From Glaucostegus cemiculus (lineage: Eukaryota), in the NCBI GenBank assembly GCA_976551045.1, contig CDPCPM010000054.1, positions 18,290,001 to 18,354,000 of the forward strand: a stretch of DNA of 64,000 nucleotides, written 5' to 3'. A model generated the notes under the pieces. The model was not told the origin of the DNA. It ran no database searches and was given only the letters and a program-made list of their open reading frames with translations. Below, piece by piece: positions 59,202 to 64,000 of this stretch (position 1 is the stretch's first letter; each line of letters opens with the position of its first letter). Made by a program: the position numbers and the translations under genes.

Positions 59202-61842
59202 GGACAACAAAGATCAAAGCGCATCTCCGGATTGTATAGAAAAGTCTTCAGAAACACAGACAAGTGATTGCTGCGCTCACAATCACCAATTTCTTGCAAG
59301 CTTAAAATCTGCATAAATGGTATTTCATCTGTGATACTAAGAGGGTGATTTAGTATTTGATGGTAAGGTGGCAGATTATGTCTAAGCAACCGGCCTTTAT
59401 TGAACAATGGAATCCACTAGGGGACAATTGTTTAATTTCCAGATCTGATAAACATTATACACTTATTAGCTTTTAGATGTTTAAGAGTTTGCATGTTTAG
59501 GCAATTAGTGGGGTTCAGGTATCTATTTTTTTCCACTCAGTCCAAGAGTAGTTAAACTACAGCCCAGTCCTCCTGGTTGATGAGATTTGACTTTGTAAGG
59601 TAAAGGCTGGATGAGGAATGTACATGTAATTTTGTGTTTTCTACAAAATTGTTGTCTGAGGGGACAAAAAGCCCGTAAAGCACACAATTAGTCTATGCAC
59701 ACTATGCTACTGCAGAAAACAAAACAAAAAAAAGACTTAGATGCAGTTTAACTGGATTTACATTTGATGATTGGCTCCACAAGCTGTTTCTTGTCACTGA
59801 ACCCTTTTTTCCTTTTACTTTTAATGCTTAGTATACAGATCTGAACAGAACAAATTTGATGCAAGACTGCATTTGGAAAAGCACCATAGTGTAGTTTGAA
59901 GCAGTAATTGTCCCTCAAAGTTTCAGATGCTTTACAAGTATCTGAATGCAAGAATGAAACTCACTGATATTTTTATGTTGCCCCTAAAATGTCAGTAATT
60001 CTTTAAAAGAACACTTAAGAGGCAAGTGCAATTTAACATATCTGATTAAGGGGATTAATGTAAGTCCTTATGCCCTAGGACTCTAAATTGAGGGGATGCA
60101 ATATAACCTTTAAATAATTCAGAACAGTTCTTATCGTCCCCTTCAAATGTGCATTAATTAAGGAAAGAATAGAATGAAATATGGACACATCCTGCTGTGA
60201 CATGCTTGCTTAGGAAAGCAATTGAATGGAATTGAAAATTCTGCACTTGATTCCTTGTACTCCAATACCTCTGTGGAATTTTTAAAAAAATGTAATATAT
60301 ATGTATCAGGTGTGTCAGGAAAACAAAAAGCATGGCATAAGCAGTTTCCAAGGACACAGACGCCAAGGTGAATTGGTGTCTCATGGAGGGTATTGGTGAA
60401 GAGCACCGCAGTTTACAATGGCAACAGGGATGCAGCCGCTAAGATTTTCCGCACTCTACCGTGTAAACGCTATTTTTAATCACAGGGTGCTGAGTATTGC
60501 ATGGTGCTTTTCTTTAGCCTTGCTATCTGCCTGATAATGCTAGTGGCAGGACACCAGTGTGCATGGCAAGTCAGTTTTGCCTCTTCTGTTTCTCTGTAAC
60601 TCTAATAGATCTATCCTTGATTTGCACGAAGTTATATAGTCCACATTACGTGCCTTGCCTTTAAAATAAAACAGTGACATCACTGCACACGTTTGCTGCA
60701 TATATTATAGCTCATCCTATGAAATTTACCATTTGTATGAAAAAATTATTTTGTACTCCAGAGGACAGTGTGACATCACTAATTGTCAATATTCAAATAC
60801 TTTGACTTTGTTATCTCATTTATAAAGCATATCATGGCTGTGTATAGTTGGTGCTTAAAATTTTTAATCAGCCAGTAATATTTTTCAGTATTTTTGGCAA
60901 GTTTTTTCTATTAATCTTTCATGTTTTTCATCTATCAATTACTTGTTTGGGAATTTTTGAACTTGTAAGAATTATGCAATACCAAGTTTTGTCTATATAG
61001 GTAAAGCTTTTAGCTATATTGATTATCACATTAGTATGCAGATTAGGTGATGTAAGCTTTTTTTTTCCATTTTAATTGACCAAAGTTGGTGCTGCTTTCT
61101 ATGCAGTATGATAGGTCCTTAAAAGATGGTTAGGGGAGGATGCTTTGGGGAGGGGGGATTTTTTTAAGGAGAACTCTACAGCACAGCTGTGAAGCATAAT
61201 GCCATTTGAAAGACAGAGGCTGCAAAGTAACTGTTCTGTCTACTGTGACAAGCTTTCAACTTGGTTCTTCTATTGACTTTCCACCTGGGGTGCAAGATAA
61301 ACTCATTGAATTAAAAAAATATATATATAAAAAAATGTCGTCATTTTCACTGGAGACAGGCTTGACTTGAGCTTCAATATTAATTAAGAGCTGGGATTTT
61401 CTCTTGTGAAAAATTGACTTTGGCAGAGATCTATCACTCTGCCGGCCTCCAATTTCAGTAGCAGAGCTATAGATCTTAAATCTTCCTTTCAATGTTCAGC
61501 ACTGATTACTCAACAAAGCTGCTTTTGCCTTTAGAGGTGACTTATCCTATTCAGCCAGGAACCAGTTTAGCAGTGATTTAGAGGTGAAATGATCTTCCTT
61601 TCATTTCTCTAATGTTCTGCTCAATTAAAAAAAGTTGAATCATTTCCCTTCGCATAGTACTTAACAACTTAGCTTCCCAAGGAGATGTATCATATATTTA
61701 TCAGTGATATCAATTCCTGGCTGTTAAGTATCAATGCAGCCAAAAGCCAAATTTTATAGACTAGCAAAAATCTCAAATCAATATGTATTCTCAATTTGGT
61801 TCCAAATATAAATCTTAAACAAAGGTGATTTTAATTAAGATA

Positions 61843-61972
61843 AGATTTCTTTATTAGTCACGTGTACATCGAAACACACAGTGAAATACATCTTTTGCAT
61901 AGAGTGTTCTGGGCGCAGCCCTCAAGTGTCACCATGTTTTCGGCACCAACATAACATGCCCACAACTTTAAC
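61843..61972 (-). mobile_element. Short retroelement 3' fragment inserted in the putative 3'UTR
   Basis: 'agatttctttattagtcacgtgtacatcgaaacacacagtgaaat...' has the reverse-complement ...gtgactaataaa tail seen in Rex1-like copies, with an abrupt compositional change. Confidence 0.5.
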
Positions 61973-62054
61973 CCGGCAGATCACAAGTAGCTTATTAGAT
62001 GTAAGTCTACATATTGCTTAACTGTAATAACAAATCTTAAGTTGCACAAGGAAA

Positions 62055-62090
62055 CTTAAAAACACAAGTTCTCTTAAAAACACAAGTTCT
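62055..62090. repeat. Perfect 18-bp tandem duplication
   Basis: cttaaaaacacaagttct x2. Confidence 0.95.
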
Positions 62091-64000
62091 TTTAAATATT
62101 GTCTCTGATTCTGAGCATTTAATGACACTTCATCAGGCAGCTTGTTGGAGGTTGGGCAGCATATGATAGAGTAAAGAATCTGTTGTTAAAGTAACAAAGT
62201 CAATTTATTCAGAAAACAAAATCAATTTCAAGAGTGGTGGAAAGAGAAATTTCAGCAACATTTCTTAATAAAAGCAGGGTTATTTCTCCGGAAAATCGCA
62301 GTGAGTAGAGGATAGTTTTCTATAAATTATGTGCCTAAAATCAGTCTCAGTCATCTACAGCAGTATGGTCTCTAGGCTTGATTGACAGGGGAATTACCCA
62401 ATCATTTCTGTTCTACCTGGCTATGGCATTGTTTTTATGTGTAGCCTAAGTTGTATGCTGAAGAACCTTTCTCTTCATAAGAAGAGGGAGATAATGAAAG
62501 GGGGGTTCTTGAGAATCAACCTTAAGAGATCAGAGGGCTTTGCAACTCAAGTCAAGTCTCTGCTCTCCTCCTTCACCAGGATGCCAATTCTGACAAACTG
62601 AAGCCACCCCGTTCTATGTGCACTGTTTCTGCCTTTTGCTAAAGTGCTTTGCAGCCTTGGCCATTTCCCCAGTGTGTTGTAAAAGTTAAGGCGCAATAGA
62701 TTGGGAAAAAATTAACAGCGACGGAGACTTGTATTGAAAAAATCTGGCAAAAACAAATATCTATAGCAATAGCTGTGGGAGTATGATTCAAGCACGGCAT
62801 CTCAGTGAATAAGTGTTAGTAGATTTGTTATGGTTGTGTAATGTGAGGGGAAACAAAGAGGGGTCTTGAAAATGAACCACCTGCCTTGCAGACTGTAATT
62901 TGTACACTGTATAGTTTTGTTAAGAACATTTTAAAGTAATTACCCTTTTTTGTAATGCTAACATTTTTTAAATGAGTTAATTGGGGGAAGAAATGATTAC
63001 ACTGGCTTTTGAAAGACCAGTTTATTATGCCATTTTTAAGAGAAAAAAATCCTGTCTGGAAGCTGGACTTGAGTTAAAACTCTCCAGTTACCTAATTTAT
63101 ATATTACAAAAAAGACTGTCCATATGCTGAACTTGTGTAATCCTATGCTTAAAAAGTGTAGGTTCCTAATTTTTAATCCAGTTTTAAATGGAGAAAAGTT
63201 ATATTTTATGAAGGTTATTTTGTTGTATTTAGTGTTGAAAAGGTTGGTTTGCAGAAACATTTCATAATGTCGGAAGGAATACTGTCTTTTTATTAGTGTG
63301 TATGGCCTACAGTAAAAGTTTGTGTGAGTTTAAATGTTGGTATTTATGATTAGAGAGAAAGTGCACAAGGGGTTTGACAACAAATCCAGTACTGGCAACC
63401 CACCCAATGAATGAACCCAGAGAGGATTCCTGATCGATCTTGTACAGTGTTGAAACCACACAAGAGTACTCAGGGAATCTACCTGGGGCCTCTTGGCTAT
63501 GGCACTGGTAAGGATTTTGTTTTTGTTGCACACCACTACATTGCACTTGCACCATACAAAGATGACAGAAAGATATCCCATATACAGTGTACAGTATTCT
63601 GTTTTTGAAAGGACAATGCAATGTTGCTGGCAGTTAGGTCCCAAGATGGATACCAGACATGGTTTACTTATTCCCGTTAAAGTCTGCTGCTGATAATAAC
63701 CAGCTGCATGCTTTGTGAAATGTCTCCCAATTCGATAGCAAAATTTATTCCTGCTTACCTTTAATGCGTAGCACATGCAAGTTCAGAAGGAAAAGAAATT
63801 GTGAGAAAATGGATTAAGAAAGGGTGCTAATTAACTCTTTCATATTTGCACTTTTTAAAACTAATTCTCCACATGCCTTTCAAACAGAAAATTGCTCTTG
63901 AAGGTTCTTTTTCTTTTTTATTTCAATTTTATTCTTCCCGAGCATGCAGTTGGCAGCTGGACAGACTTCACTGGAATATGCAGCAGGACAGCCAACATCA

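Larger units (their letters stand above)
59202..64000 (+). other. NFIB: Probable long NFIB 3'UTR (end not determined)
   Basis: Follows the stop codons and is largely TE-free and AU-rich. AATAAA occurs at 60665 and 62267, but usage is unknown. Mammalian NFIB 3'UTRs are several kb long. Confidence 0.65.

Noticed and set aside
63036-63776. ORFs near the window end
   Set aside because: They lie in the probable 3'UTR and have no recognisable homology; their lengths are compatible with chance.

Overview
Vertebrate genomic DNA (AT-rich, CpG-depleted). The repeat repertoire (CR1-type LINEs, V-SINEs, Penelope-like and Rex1-like remnants) points to a cartilaginous fish; this is inferred and not proven. 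The window holds the 3' part of an NFIB (nuclear factor I/B) gene on the + strand. It has an exon at 3902-4043/4070 with two alternative donors, an exon at 7488-7573, an 89-nt frame-shifting cassette exon at 25517-25605, and a terminal exon from 59072. The terminal exon is read in two frames: SWYLG* or a 43-aa alternative tail. A long 3'UTR probably runs past the window end. The introns contain decayed LINEs, SINEs and Harbinger-like remnants, plus TE-poor blocks that look like conserved non-coding elements. The most notable non-routine signals are: a near-perfect 300-bp inverted duplication (41653-42469) able to form a long dsRNA hairpin in the pre-mRNA; several degenerate Penelope-type minimal hammerhead ribozyme motifs; two candidate cryptic/poison exons; and a structured CpG-retaining block in the 3'UTR. 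There is no CRISPR array or prokaryotic system. Most listed ORFs are spurious or TE-derived. TE boundaries were judged by eye and are approximate.
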